The notes under the pieces are model-generated. The model made no database searches. It was not told where the DNA came from and worked only from the letters and a program-made list of their open reading frames with translations. 58,046 bases of DNA, taken from positions 1 to 58,046 of the forward strand of contig JBJMQD010000036.1 in assembly GCA_045802855.1 (NCBI GenBank). Reading direction: 5' to 3'. This document shows, piece after piece, positions 48,074-56,607 of this stretch. Origin of the DNA: Myxococcales bacterium (lineage in GTDB: Bacteria; Myxococcota; Myxococcia; Myxococcales; 40CM-4-68-19). Within the stretch, counting starts at the first letter, position 1. Each line of letters begins with the position of its first letter. The position numbers and the translations under genes were made by a program.

Positions 48074-48903
48074 GCTACGCCGCCGTCCGGGCAGTGATCT
48101 TCGACGTGGACGGCGTCCTTCTCGACGCGCGCGCGAGCTACCACGCCGTGGCGGAAGAGGCGGCGCGGCGGGCGGTGCGCGAAGTGCTCGGCCGCTCGGA
48201 GGCGCCCTTCGATCGCGCCCGCGAGGTGCCCCTGTTCAAGGCCGCGGGCAGGTTCAACGACGACTGGGAGATGGCGCGCGGGATCGCGATGCTCCTGCAC
48301 CTGCGCGAGAGCGGCGACGCGCCTTCGATCGGCGAGTTCCTCGGCCGCGCCGGCGGGCGAGGGATCGCGGGTCTCGTGGAAGCGTTTCCCGAGGCGGCCT
48401 CCCGCTATCCGCAGGCACGCCTTGCCCGCCTCTGCGGCGCGCTCTACGGAGGCCGCTCCCACTGCCGCGAGCTGTTCGGATTCGAGGCGGCGGAAGCGAT
48501 GGAGGACGCGCCTGATCCCGGGTACTGGGAACGGGAGACGAAGCTTGCGGATCCCGCCCTCCTGCGACGGGTGGCGACGAAGTTCCCCATCGGGATGTAC
48601 ACCGGCCGCAACCCGAGCGAAGCGGCGCTCGCGCTCGCCCGCTGCGAGCTCCACGTCCCTCCGGAGCTTTGCTGGGTGGCGGACGGGAGGCCGCGCAAGC
48701 CGGACCCTACCGGGCTCGAGTTCCTCTGCGGGAAGCTGCTCGGGACAAACGGACAGGCGCTCTTCGTCGGCGACACGGCGGACGACGAAGAAGCCGCCCG
48801 CGCGGCGCGTGCTCGCGGGGCGCCTCTGGTCTACGCTCACGTGGCGGCGCCCGGAGAGACGACCAAAGTCCTGGAAAGGCTGCTCGCCGAGACAGGAGCC
48901 TGA
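48070..48903 (+). CDS. HAD-superfamily hydrolase embedded in the his operon (candidate histidinol-phosphatase)
   Basis: The HAD motifs are motif I VIFDVDGVLLD, motif II MYTGR, and motifs III/IV KPDP...FVGDTADDEEAA. It overlaps hisC as GTGA and ends 3 nt before hisB. Confidence 0.7.
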   Translation: MSYAAVRAVIFDVDGVLLDARASYHAVAEEAARRAVREVLGRSEAPFDRAREVPLFKAAGRFNDDWEMARGIAMLLHLRESGDAPSIGEFLGRAGGRGIAGLVEAFPEAASRYPQARLARLCGALYGGRSHCRELFGFEAAEAMEDAPDPGYWERETKLADPALLRRVATKFPIGMYTGRNPSEAALALARCELHVPPELCWVADGRPRKPDPTGLEFLCGKLLGTNGQALFVGDTADDEEAARAARARGAPLVYAHVAAPGETTKVLERLLAETGA

Positions 48904-48906
48904 AGG

Positions 48907-49494
48907 ATGGCACGCGCTGCAACCCTCGCGCGCAAGACGAAGGAAACGGACCTGCGGGTGAGCGTCGATCTCGACGGCGACGGCGCCGCCAAGGTCGAGA
49001 CGGGGATTCCCTTCTTCGATCACATGCTGGAGACGCTCGCCAAGCACGGAGCGCTCTCGCTCGAGGTGAGCTGCAAGGGCGATCTGCACATCGACCAGCA
49101 CCATACGGTCGAGGACACCGGCATCACGCTCGGGAAGGCCATCGATCAGGCGCTCGGCGATCGCAAAGGGATCGTGCGCGCGGGCTGCTTCTACTTTCCC
49201 CTCGACGAGGCGCTGGCGCGGAGCGTGGTGGATCTCTCCGGCCGATCCTTCTTGCACTGGAACGTCGATCTCGATCAGGGTCCGCGCAGCGCGATGGACG
49301 TTTCGGTGCTGGAAGGCTTCTTCAAGGCGATTGCCGACGGCGCGCGCGCGAACCTCCACATCGACCTCTTGACCGGGCGCGACTTCCACCACGGCGCCGA
49401 GGCCGTCTTCAAGTCGTTCGCCAGAGCGCTGCGCCAGGCGGTGTCGATCGACCCCCGGGTCACCGGCATCCCGAGCACCAAGGGGATGCTGTGA
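48907..49494 (+). CDS. hisB: Imidazoleglycerol-phosphate dehydratase (monofunctional)
   Basis: RKTKETDL, DQHHTVEDTGI and HHGAEAVFK motifs. At 195 aa it has no fused phosphatase domain. Confidence 0.93.
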   Translation: MARAATLARKTKETDLRVSVDLDGDGAAKVETGIPFFDHMLETLAKHGALSLEVSCKGDLHIDQHHTVEDTGITLGKAIDQALGDRKGIVRAGCFYFPLDEALARSVVDLSGRSFLHWNVDLDQGPRSAMDVSVLEGFFKAIADGARANLHIDLLTGRDFHHGAEAVFKSFARALRQAVSIDPRVTGIPSTKGML

Positions 49495-50114
49495 GCCGCG
49501 TCGCCGTCGCCGACCTGGGCCTGGGAAACCTGGGATCGGTCCTGCAGGCCATCGTCCGCGCCGGAGGCGAGCCGCGGCTCGCGTCCAGGGCCGACGAGAT
49601 CGCACGCGCGGAGCGGGTCATCGTGCCAGGCGTCGCCGCCTTCGGGCTCGGGATGGAGCGAGCAGGCGCCCTCGGCCTGCGCGACGCTCTTCGCGAAGCG
49701 CTCGCCCGCAAGTCGCCGGTCCTGGGCATCTGCCTCGGGATGCAGATCCTCTTCGAAGAGGGTGAGGAGGATGGGCTTCGCCCAGGCCTCGGGCTTCTCC
49801 CCGGTCGCGTCACTCGGATTCCCGATGGCGTGCAGGTTCCGCACATCGGGTGGCAGCAGCTCGTGTGGAGCTCGGACTCTCCGCTCGCGAAGGGAGGCCA
49901 GAAGCCGCTCTGGGCGTACTTCGCGAATTCCTACCGCTGCCAGGCGCCCGCGCAGTTGACCCACGCGATTGCGGACCACTCGGGCGTTTCCATCGCCGCC
50001 GTCGTCGGGCAGGGCACGCTCTTCGGCGTCCAGTTCCACCCGGAAAAGAGCGCAAAGGACGGCGAGGAGCTGCTCGCGCGGTTCTTGCGGCTGCCGCCCG
50101 GAGCGCCCGCGTGA
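49491..50114 (+). CDS. hisH: Imidazole glycerol phosphate synthase, glutaminase subunit
   Basis: GICLGMQ (catalytic Cys) and GVQFHPEKS motifs. It overlaps hisB as GTGA. Confidence 0.92.
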   Translation: MSRVAVADLGLGNLGSVLQAIVRAGGEPRLASRADEIARAERVIVPGVAAFGLGMERAGALGLRDALREALARKSPVLGICLGMQILFEEGEEDGLRPGLGLLPGRVTRIPDGVQVPHIGWQQLVWSSDSPLAKGGQKPLWAYFANSYRCQAPAQLTHAIADHSGVSIAAVVGQGTLFGVQFHPEKSAKDGEELLARFLRLPPGAPA

Positions 50115-50842
50115 TCCTCTTCCCTGCCATCGATCTCCTCGAAGGCCGGGCCGTCCGGCTGCACAAGGGCGAACGGAAGAGCGCTCGCGCGTACAGCGAG
50201 GATCCTCCCGCGCAGGCCCGGGCCTTCGTTGCGGAAGGGGCCGGGTATCTGCACGTCGTCGATCTGGACGCGGCGTTCGGCGAGCAACGCCAGAGCGCCT
50301 TGATCGGGCAGATAGCGAAGGCCGCCTTTCCGGTTCCGATCCAGGTCGGCGGCGGCATTCGCGATCTGCGCGCCGCGGAGGAAACGCTGGCCGCCGGCGC
50401 CGCCCGGATCATCTTCGGCACCGCCGTCGTCGAGCGCCCTGCCCTCGCCGGCGAGGCCGTCGCGAAGTTCGGAGCAGCGCGTGTCGCCTGCGGCATCGAC
50501 GTGAAGGACGGCAAGGCCGCCGTCCGCGGCTGGACGGATGCGGCAGGTTCCGGTGCCACGGACCTGGCGGGAACGCTCGCGCACCTCGGCGTCGAGTGGC
50601 TGATCGTCACCGCCGTGGCGAAGGACGGGACGCTTACGGGATTCGATCTGGCGCTTCTACGCGACGTGTCCGAGGCGGCCCCAGGAGCGAAGCTCATCGC
50701 GAGTGGCGGCGCGGGAGATCTCGTGCATCTGCGCGCTCTCGCGGCGGCGGGCATCGAAGGGCTCGCCGGGGCAATCGTCGGAACCGCGCTGTACGAAGGC
50801 CGCTTCGGCATCCGGGAAGGACAGAAGGCGCTCTCGTGCTGA
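50111..50842 (+). CDS. hisA: 1-(5-phosphoribosyl)-5-[(5-phosphoribosylamino)methylideneamino]imidazole-4-carboxamide isomerase
   Basis: [26 protein letters not shown] and ASGG motifs. It overlaps hisH as GTGA. Confidence 0.92.
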   Translation: MILFPAIDLLEGRAVRLHKGERKSARAYSEDPPAQARAFVAEGAGYLHVVDLDAAFGEQRQSALIGQIAKAAFPVPIQVGGGIRDLRAAEETLAAGAARIIFGTAVVERPALAGEAVAKFGAARVACGIDVKDGKAAVRGWTDAAGSGATDLAGTLAHLGVEWLIVTAVAKDGTLTGFDLALLRDVSEAAPGAKLIASGGAGDLVHLRALAAAGIEGLAGAIVGTALYEGRFGIREGQKALSC

Positions 50843-51609
50843 CCCGCCGGATCATCCCCTGCCTCGACGTGAAGGACGGCCGGGTGGTCAAAGGCGTGCG
50901 TTTCGAGGAACTGCGCGACGCGGGAGATCCCGTCGAGCAGGCGCGCGCCTACGGCCGGGCGGGAGCGGACGAGGTCATCTTCCTGGACATCAGCGCCTCG
51001 CTGGAAAAGCGCGGCACCCTGGTCGCGCTCGTCGAGCACGTCGCGCGCGAGCTTTCCATCCCGTTCGGCGTCGGAGGAGGAGTGCGCACGGTGGCGGACG
51101 CGGAAGCGCTCCTGCGCGCGGGGGCGGACAAGGTGTCGATGAACACGGCGGCGCTCGCCGATCCGGCGCTGCTCACGGCGGTCGCGCGGCTCACCGGATC
51201 GCAGAGCGCCGTCGTCGCCATCGACGCGAAGAAGAGGTCCGACGGAAGCTACGAGGTCCATTCCCACGGCGGGACGAGGCCCACCGGCCTCGATGCCGTC
51301 GAGTGGGCGCGCGAGGCCGTCGATCGCGGCGCTGGCGAGATCCTCCTCACCAGCATCGACCGGGACGGGACCGGAGCCGGGTTCGAGCTCACGCTCACCG
51401 CGGCGATCGCGCGCGCCGTTCCGGTACCCGTGATCGCCAGCGGCGGAGCCGGAACGCCCGCGCATTTCGCCGACGCCTTCGCCGCCGGCGCCTCGGCTGC
51501 GCTCGCCGCGACGGTCTTCCACTTCGGGTCGCTCTCTGTCGGAGGCGTGAAGGAGGAGTGCGCTCGCCGCGGATTCCCCATGCGCTGGCCGCTGGAGGGC
51601 ATCGCATGA
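50836..51609 (+). CDS. hisF: Imidazole glycerol phosphate synthase, cyclase subunit
   Basis: [32 protein letters not shown] and [10 protein letters not shown] motifs. It overlaps hisA by 7 nt. Confidence 0.93.
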   Translation: MLTRRIIPCLDVKDGRVVKGVRFEELRDAGDPVEQARAYGRAGADEVIFLDISASLEKRGTLVALVEHVARELSIPFGVGGGVRTVADAEALLRAGADKVSMNTAALADPALLTAVARLTGSQSAVVAIDAKKRSDGSYEVHSHGGTRPTGLDAVEWAREAVDRGAGEILLTSIDRDGTGAGFELTLTAAIARAVPVPVIASGGAGTPAHFADAFAAGASAALAATVFHFGSLSVGGVKEECARRGFPMRWPLEGIA

Positions 51610-52229
51610 TCCGCCCGGACGAGCTGACCTATGACGACCGCGGCCTCGTTCCCTGCATCGTCCAGGACGCGGCGACGGGCGAGGTGCTGATGCTCGCCTG
51701 GCAATCGCGCGAGGCCCTCGAACGCACTCTGTCTTCGGGCCAGGCGACGTTCTGGAGCCGCTCGCGCAACGAGCTTTGGGTCAAGGGCGCGACGAGCGGC
51801 AACACGCAACAGGTCCGCGCCGCCCGCACCGACTGCGACCGCGACGCCGTGCTCGTCCGCGTCACGCCCGCCGGACCGGCCTGCCATACCGGAGCGCGCT
51901 CCTGCTTCTTCGAGTCCCTGGGACCGGACGTTCCGGAGGCTCCCGGAGAGACGCTGGCCCGGCTCGAGCAGATCCTCGCCGCCCGCCGGGCGGAGCCGCC
52001 GCAAGGCTCGTACACGGCGAAGCTCTACGGCGACGAGAACCTGCGGCACAAGAAGATCGGCGAGGAAGCGACGGAGCTGGTGATGGCCGCGATGCGCGGC
52101 GACAAGAAGGAGATCGCCAGCGAAGCTGCCGATCTCCTCTACCACGTGCTCGTGGTGCTGCAGGCCCGTGGGCTGTCGCTCGCGGACGTGACGGCCGTCC
52201 TCCGCGAGCGCGAAGGCAAGCGGCGCTAA
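51606..52229 (+). CDS. hisI: Bifunctional phosphoribosyl-AMP cyclohydrolase / phosphoribosyl-ATP pyrophosphatase
   Basis: The HisI part has [20 protein letters not shown] and DCDRD motifs. The HisE part has [15 protein letters not shown] and EAADLLYH motifs. It overlaps hisF as ATGA. Confidence 0.92.
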   Translation: MIRPDELTYDDRGLVPCIVQDAATGEVLMLAWQSREALERTLSSGQATFWSRSRNELWVKGATSGNTQQVRAARTDCDRDAVLVRVTPAGPACHTGARSCFFESLGPDVPEAPGETLARLEQILAARRAEPPQGSYTAKLYGDENLRHKKIGEEATELVMAAMRGDKKEIASEAADLLYHVLVVLQARGLSLADVTAVLREREGKRR

Positions 52230-53197
52230 CAGGCCTCGACGCGCTCCTCGACGGAAGGCGCGGCGACCCGCTTGAGCCAGCACTCGCGCCAGTACGGCAG
52301 GATCGCGCGCGGGCAGAAGTAGCGCGAGAAGCTGTGCTCGCCCGAGCAGACGACGTTCTCGAGCGTCACGCAGTCGCTCTTCATCTCGATGATCGCGCCG
52401 GTGTGGTCGTCGATGATCCGCTCGATCCTCTTCTTCACCCGGTACGTCTTCCCGCAGAACGGCAGCATCTCGCGATCGAAGTAGAGCCCCCGGTGCTTTC
52501 CCTCGCGATTGAGGGTCGTCTCGATCTCCTCGGGGGACTTCACCTGTACCCAATCGCCGGGCTGGAGCCCGAGCGTCGGGTGCTTGGGAGAGGCTGCCGT
52601 GTCTCCCTGCAGCGGCGGTCCGCCGAGGAGCTTCAGCTTCAGGAGCGGCTGTTCGACGGCCGCGCGCGCGAACACCTTGACGAAGGTGCCGAGCGGGACG
52701 TTCCCGGAGGTGTACTCGCGGACGTAGGGGCGGGGATCGAACGTTCGCAGCCGCTCCGACGCCCGGAGCAGCTCCGTCGCCTGGCAGCGATAGCGATCCC
52801 CACGCTGGCGATTCGCGTCGGCGACCCAGCGCAAGGTCGGGTAGGAGGGATCCTCGCTCTCGGGAGCGCTCACGGGCCTGAGCGACTCCACCGGCCTCAG
52901 CCAACGTTCCTTCCAGAAGAGGCGGCATTCCGCCTGGCAGCCCGCATGGGCGCGCCCGTCGCAGCGCAGATCCCCGAGCAGGACGGCATCGTTCAGTCTG
53001 CGGCTCCCGGTCTGCGCGATGGTGTCGCAGATCTTGTCCGCGCGCTTGTCGACGACGAACCGCCGGCCGATGTACGGCAGCATCTCCGGCATGAAGGGCA
53101 GCGCCTCGAGGGCACCGCTGTCGTCGAGCGTGGCGAGGATCTCGCCGGCGCTCCGCACCTCGACCAGATCCCCTGCCACAAGGCCGCGATGGACCAT
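52226..53197 (-). CDS. Hypothetical protein made of two tandem copies of a Cys-rich domain of unknown function
   Basis: 323-aa ORF with native-like GC3 bias. The two halves align: [17 protein letters not shown]...[15 protein letters not shown]...[13 protein letters not shown] against [17 protein letters not shown]...[15 protein letters not shown]...[15 protein letters not shown] lies 7 nt upstream of ATG 53197. Confidence 0.65.
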   Translation of the reverse strand: MVHRGLVAGDLVEVRSAGEILATLDDSGALEALPFMPEMLPYIGRRFVVDKRADKICDTIAQTGSRRLNDAVLLGDLRCDGRAHAGCQAECRLFWKERWLRPVESLRPVSAPESEDPSYPTLRWVADANRQRGDRYRCQATELLRASERLRTFDPRPYVREYTSGNVPLGTFVKVFARAAVEQPLLKLKLLGGPPLQGDTAASPKHPTLGLQPGDWVQVKSPEEIETTLNREGKHRGLYFDREMLPFCGKTYRVKKRIERIIDDHTGAIIEMKSDCVTLENVVCSGEHSFSRYFCPRAILPYWRECWLKRVAAPSVEERVEAC

Positions 53198-53230
53198 GTT
53201 CGACTCCGCGAAAGCGGTGTGAGCGAAACA

Positions 53231-53250
53231 GTATTGATGCTATATTACAC
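53231..53250. promoter_or_regulatory. AT-rich patch with back-to-back -10-like elements in a divergent intergenic region
   Basis: gtattgatgcTATATTAcac reads on the plus strand as an extended -10 TGcTATATT (53238-53246). On the minus strand it reads TAATAT (53247-53242). It is the only markedly AT-rich stretch in the window. Confidence 0.35.
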
Positions 53251-53303
53251 ATAGACCGCCACTTCGCGAAAACCGCGGGGCGCGTTTTGCGAAAGGGGTC
53301 CCC

Positions 53304-54272
53304 TTGGCGAACGAGACGCCGATCGTGCTTGGCAAGTTCGCGAATTCACGCCCGATTCCGCGCGTGAGCATCGGCCTTCCCGTTTACAACGGCGAAAGGT
53401 ATTTGCGGCAGTCGATCGATTCGATCCTCGCGCAGACTTTGCAAAACTTCGAGCTCGTGATCTGCGACAACGCTTCGACCGACGGGACCGCTCGCATCTG
53501 CGAGGAGTACGCGGAGCGCGACGGCCGGGTCAGGTACTTCCGGAATGCGCGGAACATCGGCGGCATCAACAACGCGAACCTCACTTTCGAGCTCTCCCGC
53601 GGTGAGCTGTTCCGCTGGGCGGCCCACGACGACGTCTGCGCCCCGGCTCTCCTCGAGCGCTGCGTGCAGGTGCTCGACGAGAGGGCCGACGCGGTGGGCG
53701 TCTACCCCGGGACGGTCAACATCGACGAAGAGGGGATCGAGACGGGCAGCCGCTACGGAAAGGAGGGCACCGCGACCCGGGCGCACGCGCGCTTCCGCGA
53801 GCTCTCCTACCGGTACCATCCTTGCGAGCCGATCTACGGCGTCATCCGCTCCGAGGTGCTGCGCAAGACGCGGCTGCAGCAGAACTACACGGGGTCCGAT
53901 CGCGCGCTCCTCTGCGAGCTCGCCCTGCACGGCCCGTTCGTCCAGATCCCGGAGCCGCTCTTCTACAAACGCTACCATCGCGGCAACCAGTACAAGGACT
54001 GGCGCGGGCGGATGGCGTGGTTCCTGCCCGATCTGCAGAAGTCGGGAAGACCGACGTTCCCGAACTGGCTGCAGCTCTTCGATTACCTGGACACGGTGCG
54101 CCGGGTACCGCTCTCCTTCGCCGAGAGGCAGCTCTGCCGGCTCTGGATCTCCCGCTGGGCGCTTACGCAGTCGAAAGGCCTCGCCTGGGATCTCGTCTCG
54201 GCCGCGCGCATGCTCCTTCATTCGCGCGAGTGGCGGACCCGGACGTACTCGGACACCGAGCGCTGGGAGTGA
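53304..54272 (+). CDS. Family 2 glycosyltransferase
   Basis: VSIGLPVYNGERYLRQSIDSILAQT, CDNASTDGT and AHDDV (DxD-like) motifs, followed by a ~120-aa Trp/Arg-rich C-terminal extension. The start is TTG. Confidence 0.8.
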   Translation: MANETPIVLGKFANSRPIPRVSIGLPVYNGERYLRQSIDSILAQTLQNFELVICDNASTDGTARICEEYAERDGRVRYFRNARNIGGINNANLTFELSRGELFRWAAHDDVCAPALLERCVQVLDERADAVGVYPGTVNIDEEGIETGSRYGKEGTATRAHARFRELSYRYHPCEPIYGVIRSEVLRKTRLQQNYTGSDRALLCELALHGPFVQIPEPLFYKRYHRGNQYKDWRGRMAWFLPDLQKSGRPTFPNWLQLFDYLDTVRRVPLSFAERQLCRLWISRWALTQSKGLAWDLVSAARMLLHSREWRTRTYSDTERWE

Positions 54273-54275
54273 CTG

Positions 54276-54776
54276 CTACCTGAACCGGCGCAGCTCCTTC
54301 ACCATCACGATCGCGTCCTCGCCCTCGTCGACGTAGTAGTTCGGCCGCACGCCGACCGCGCGGTAGTCGAATCCGCGGTACAGCTCGATCGCCCCCACGT
54401 TGCTCCGTCGCACTTCCAGCGTCATCAGCGTCGCTCCCGCCTGCAGCGCGCGGCGCTCGGTCTCGCTCATGAGGAACTTCGCGATGCCGCGCCGGCGGTG
54501 CTGCGGATCGGTCGCGACGTTCAGGATGTGGACCTCGTCGTGCACGAGCCAGAAGATGAGGAAGCCCGCGATCCGCTCCGTCGCCCGGCTTCCCGAAGCG
54601 GAAGTGAGCGGCTCGATGCACACGAGGATGGTGCTCCAGTCGTGCTCGAGCTCGCGGCGGAAGAGCTCCGCCGACCAGGGATGCTTGAAGGCGGCGCGCT
54701 CGATCTCCATCACCTCGTCGAGATCGTCCGATCGCATCCGCCGGATCTCGAAGCGGGGGCGCGCGCGGACCGCCAT
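54276..54776 (-). CDS. rimI: Ribosomal-protein-alanine N-acetyltransferase (GNAT)
   Basis: IERAAFKHPWS and the acetyl-CoA site QHRRRGIAKFL, plus LEVRRSN..A..LY. The ATG lies 1 nt after the upstream stop. Confidence 0.8.
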   Translation of the reverse strand: MAVRARPRFEIRRMRSDDLDEVMEIERAAFKHPWSAELFRRELEHDWSTILVCIEPLTSASGSRATERIAGFLIFWLVHDEVHILNVATDPQHRRRGIAKFLMSETERRALQAGATLMTLEVRRSNVGAIELYRGFDYRAVGVRPNYYVDEGEDAIVMVKELRRFR

Positions 54777-54777
54777 G

Positions 54778-55554
54778 TCAGTGCGCCTCCGCCGCACCCG
54801 CATCGGCCGCTTGCTGCGCGCCGGGAGCCTTCGCCACTGGGAGACCGTCCACTTTGCTCCCGGCGACGGAGCGCCCGTCGCCTTCGAGAGGATCGAGGAT
54901 GCGGACGTCCGCCTTGCGGCGCAGATCGGCGAGCAGCCCTTCGAGCAGCCGCTCGTATTTCTCCCGCCCGAGCTGCTGGCGCATGCGGCCGCGGTCGGCT
55001 CCCGGCGACGCGCGGATCGCCTCGTCCAGCTCGGCGTCGCGGACCTGGGCAGCGAGCTTGAGCCGGTTGTCGAGGTACCGGGAGACCCGCAGGTCGCGCG
55101 CCAGGACGAGCGCCACCTCTTCCGACGTCATCTGGATGCGGGCGAGGAAGCGGTCATAGGCTTCGGCGGTAGGAAAGCGCGAGCGGAAGCGGGCGAGCGC
55201 GCCTTCCACCTCGGCGTGGTCGAGATCGAAGAGCCGCAGCCGATCGACCTCGGCGAGGATCACCCGCTCCTCGATCAGCCTGCGCAGCGACGCCGCGAGG
55301 AGCGCTCGATCCGGGTCCGATTCCGCCGCCTGCGCGCCCTGGTGCTCGACCAGATGGATGCGCGTCTCGGCGACCAGCTCCGACAAGGTGATGGAGCGTG
55401 CGTCGACCACCGCCACCACCTCGTCGACCAGCGTCCGCTGCGGGGTCTGTGCCGGCGCCGCTGCGGCGGAGAGGAGCAAGGCGAAGACGGCCACGGCGCG
55501 CACCTGGAAATCGTAACGACCACGGGGATCGCTGGTCAATGAGAGCGATCTCAT
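54778..55554 (-). CDS. Periplasmic SurA N-terminal-domain-like chaperone
   Basis: The signal-peptide-like segment is VRAVAVFALLLSAAAAPAQ. A helical domain follows with ITLSELV and RRLIEERVILAE patterns typical of SurA_N-type proteins. There is no PPIase domain. The start could be ATG 55554 (AGGAGGGG upstream) or GTG 55503. Confidence 0.55.
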   Translation of the reverse strand: MRSLSLTSDPRGRYDFQVRAVAVFALLLSAAAAPAQTPQRTLVDEVVAVVDARSITLSELVAETRIHLVEHQGAQAAESDPDRALLAASLRRLIEERVILAEVDRLRLFDLDHAEVEGALARFRSRFPTAEAYDRFLARIQMTSEEVALVLARDLRVSRYLDNRLKLAAQVRDAELDEAIRASPGADRGRMRQQLGREKYERLLEGLLADLRRKADVRILDPLEGDGRSVAGSKVDGLPVAKAPGAQQAADAGAAEAH

Positions 55555-55596
55555 TCGTTGACCACCCCTCCTGGGGTGGTTACGGTAGCCCGCGCC

Positions 55597-56601
55597 GTGA
55601 AGGACCCTTATGCCACGCTCGGAGTCTCGCGAACGGCCAGCGCCGAGGAGATCAAGAAGGCGTACCGGAAGCTCGCGAAGAAGCTCCATCCGGACATGAA
55701 CCCGGGAGACAAGAAGGCGGAGGAGCGCTTCAAGGACGTGTCCGGCGCCTTCGACGTCATCGGCGATCCGAAGAAGCGCGCTCTCTACGACGAGTTCGGC
55801 GACATCTCCCTGCGCAGCGGGTTCGACGAAGCGAAGGCGCGCCAGTTCCGCGAATACCGCCAGGCGGCGGGAGCCGGGGCGGGCCGCGGCGGTTTCCAGG
55901 GATTCGAGGAGATCTTCGGCGGCGGCGCGGGCGGCGCCGGGTTCGATCCCTCCGACTTGAGCTCGATGTTCGGCGACCTCTTCAGCGGTGGCGCGCGCGC
56001 GGGGCGCGGGCGACGGACGCGCATCGAGCCCGCTGCCGGCGAGGACGTCGAGGCGTCCATCGAAGTGGACCTCCGCGACGCGGTCCTCGGCGCCGAGCGA
56101 GAGATCACCCTGCAGAAGCCGGGCTCCACGGAGACCTCGCGGCTCAAGGTGAAGATCCCCCCGGGAGTCGAGACCGGATCGCGCATCCGCCTCGCCGGCC
56201 AGGGGTCGCCGGGAGAGCGCGGCGGCGCCCCGGGTGACCTCTATCTGAGAATCACGGTCCGGGCCCATCCCACGGTCCGGGTAGAGGGGCGCGACCTGCT
56301 GCTCGATCTGCCCATCACGGCGCCGGAAGCGCTCGAAGGTGCCGAGGTGACGGCGCCGACGTTCGAGGGTCCGGTGAAGCTGAAGATCCCGTCCGGCTCG
56401 CAGAGCGGCCGCAAGCTGCGGCTGCGCGGCCGCGGACTGCCGGCGCTGCGCAGCGGTACGGGAGGCGCCGGCGCCCCTCGCGGCGACCTCTACGTCGTCC
56501 TCCAGATCATCCTTCCGCCCGATTCTCCGCAGGCGCGGGAAGCGGTGCGGGCGCTTTCCAGGCTGTACGACCACGACGTGCGGCGCGACGTCTCCGTTTG
56601 A
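55597..56601 (+). CDS. J-domain co-chaperone, CbpA/type II DnaJ-like (no zinc finger)
   Basis: The J-domain is DPYATLGV...AYRKLAKKLHPDMNPGD (HPD motif). A Gly/Phe-rich region and two C-terminal beta-domains follow, and CxxCxGxG repeats are absent. The start is placed at GTG 55597 (MKDPY...). Confidence 0.85.
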   Translation: MKDPYATLGVSRTASAEEIKKAYRKLAKKLHPDMNPGDKKAEERFKDVSGAFDVIGDPKKRALYDEFGDISLRSGFDEAKARQFREYRQAAGAGAGRGGFQGFEEIFGGGAGGAGFDPSDLSSMFGDLFSGGARAGRGRRTRIEPAAGEDVEASIEVDLRDAVLGAEREITLQKPGSTETSRLKVKIPPGVETGSRIRLAGQGSPGERGGAPGDLYLRITVRAHPTVRVEGRDLLLDLPITAPEALEGAEVTAPTFEGPVKLKIPSGSQSGRKLRLRGRGLPALRSGTGGAGAPRGDLYVVLQIILPPDSPQAREAVRALSRLYDHDVRRDVSV

Positions 56602-56607
56602 GGACAA

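Noticed and set aside
48905-48925. Sigma-54-like TGGCACGCGCTGCAA near the hisB start.
   Set aside because: The GG-to-GC spacing is 10 rather than 12 nt, and the site lies inside tightly coupled coding sequence.
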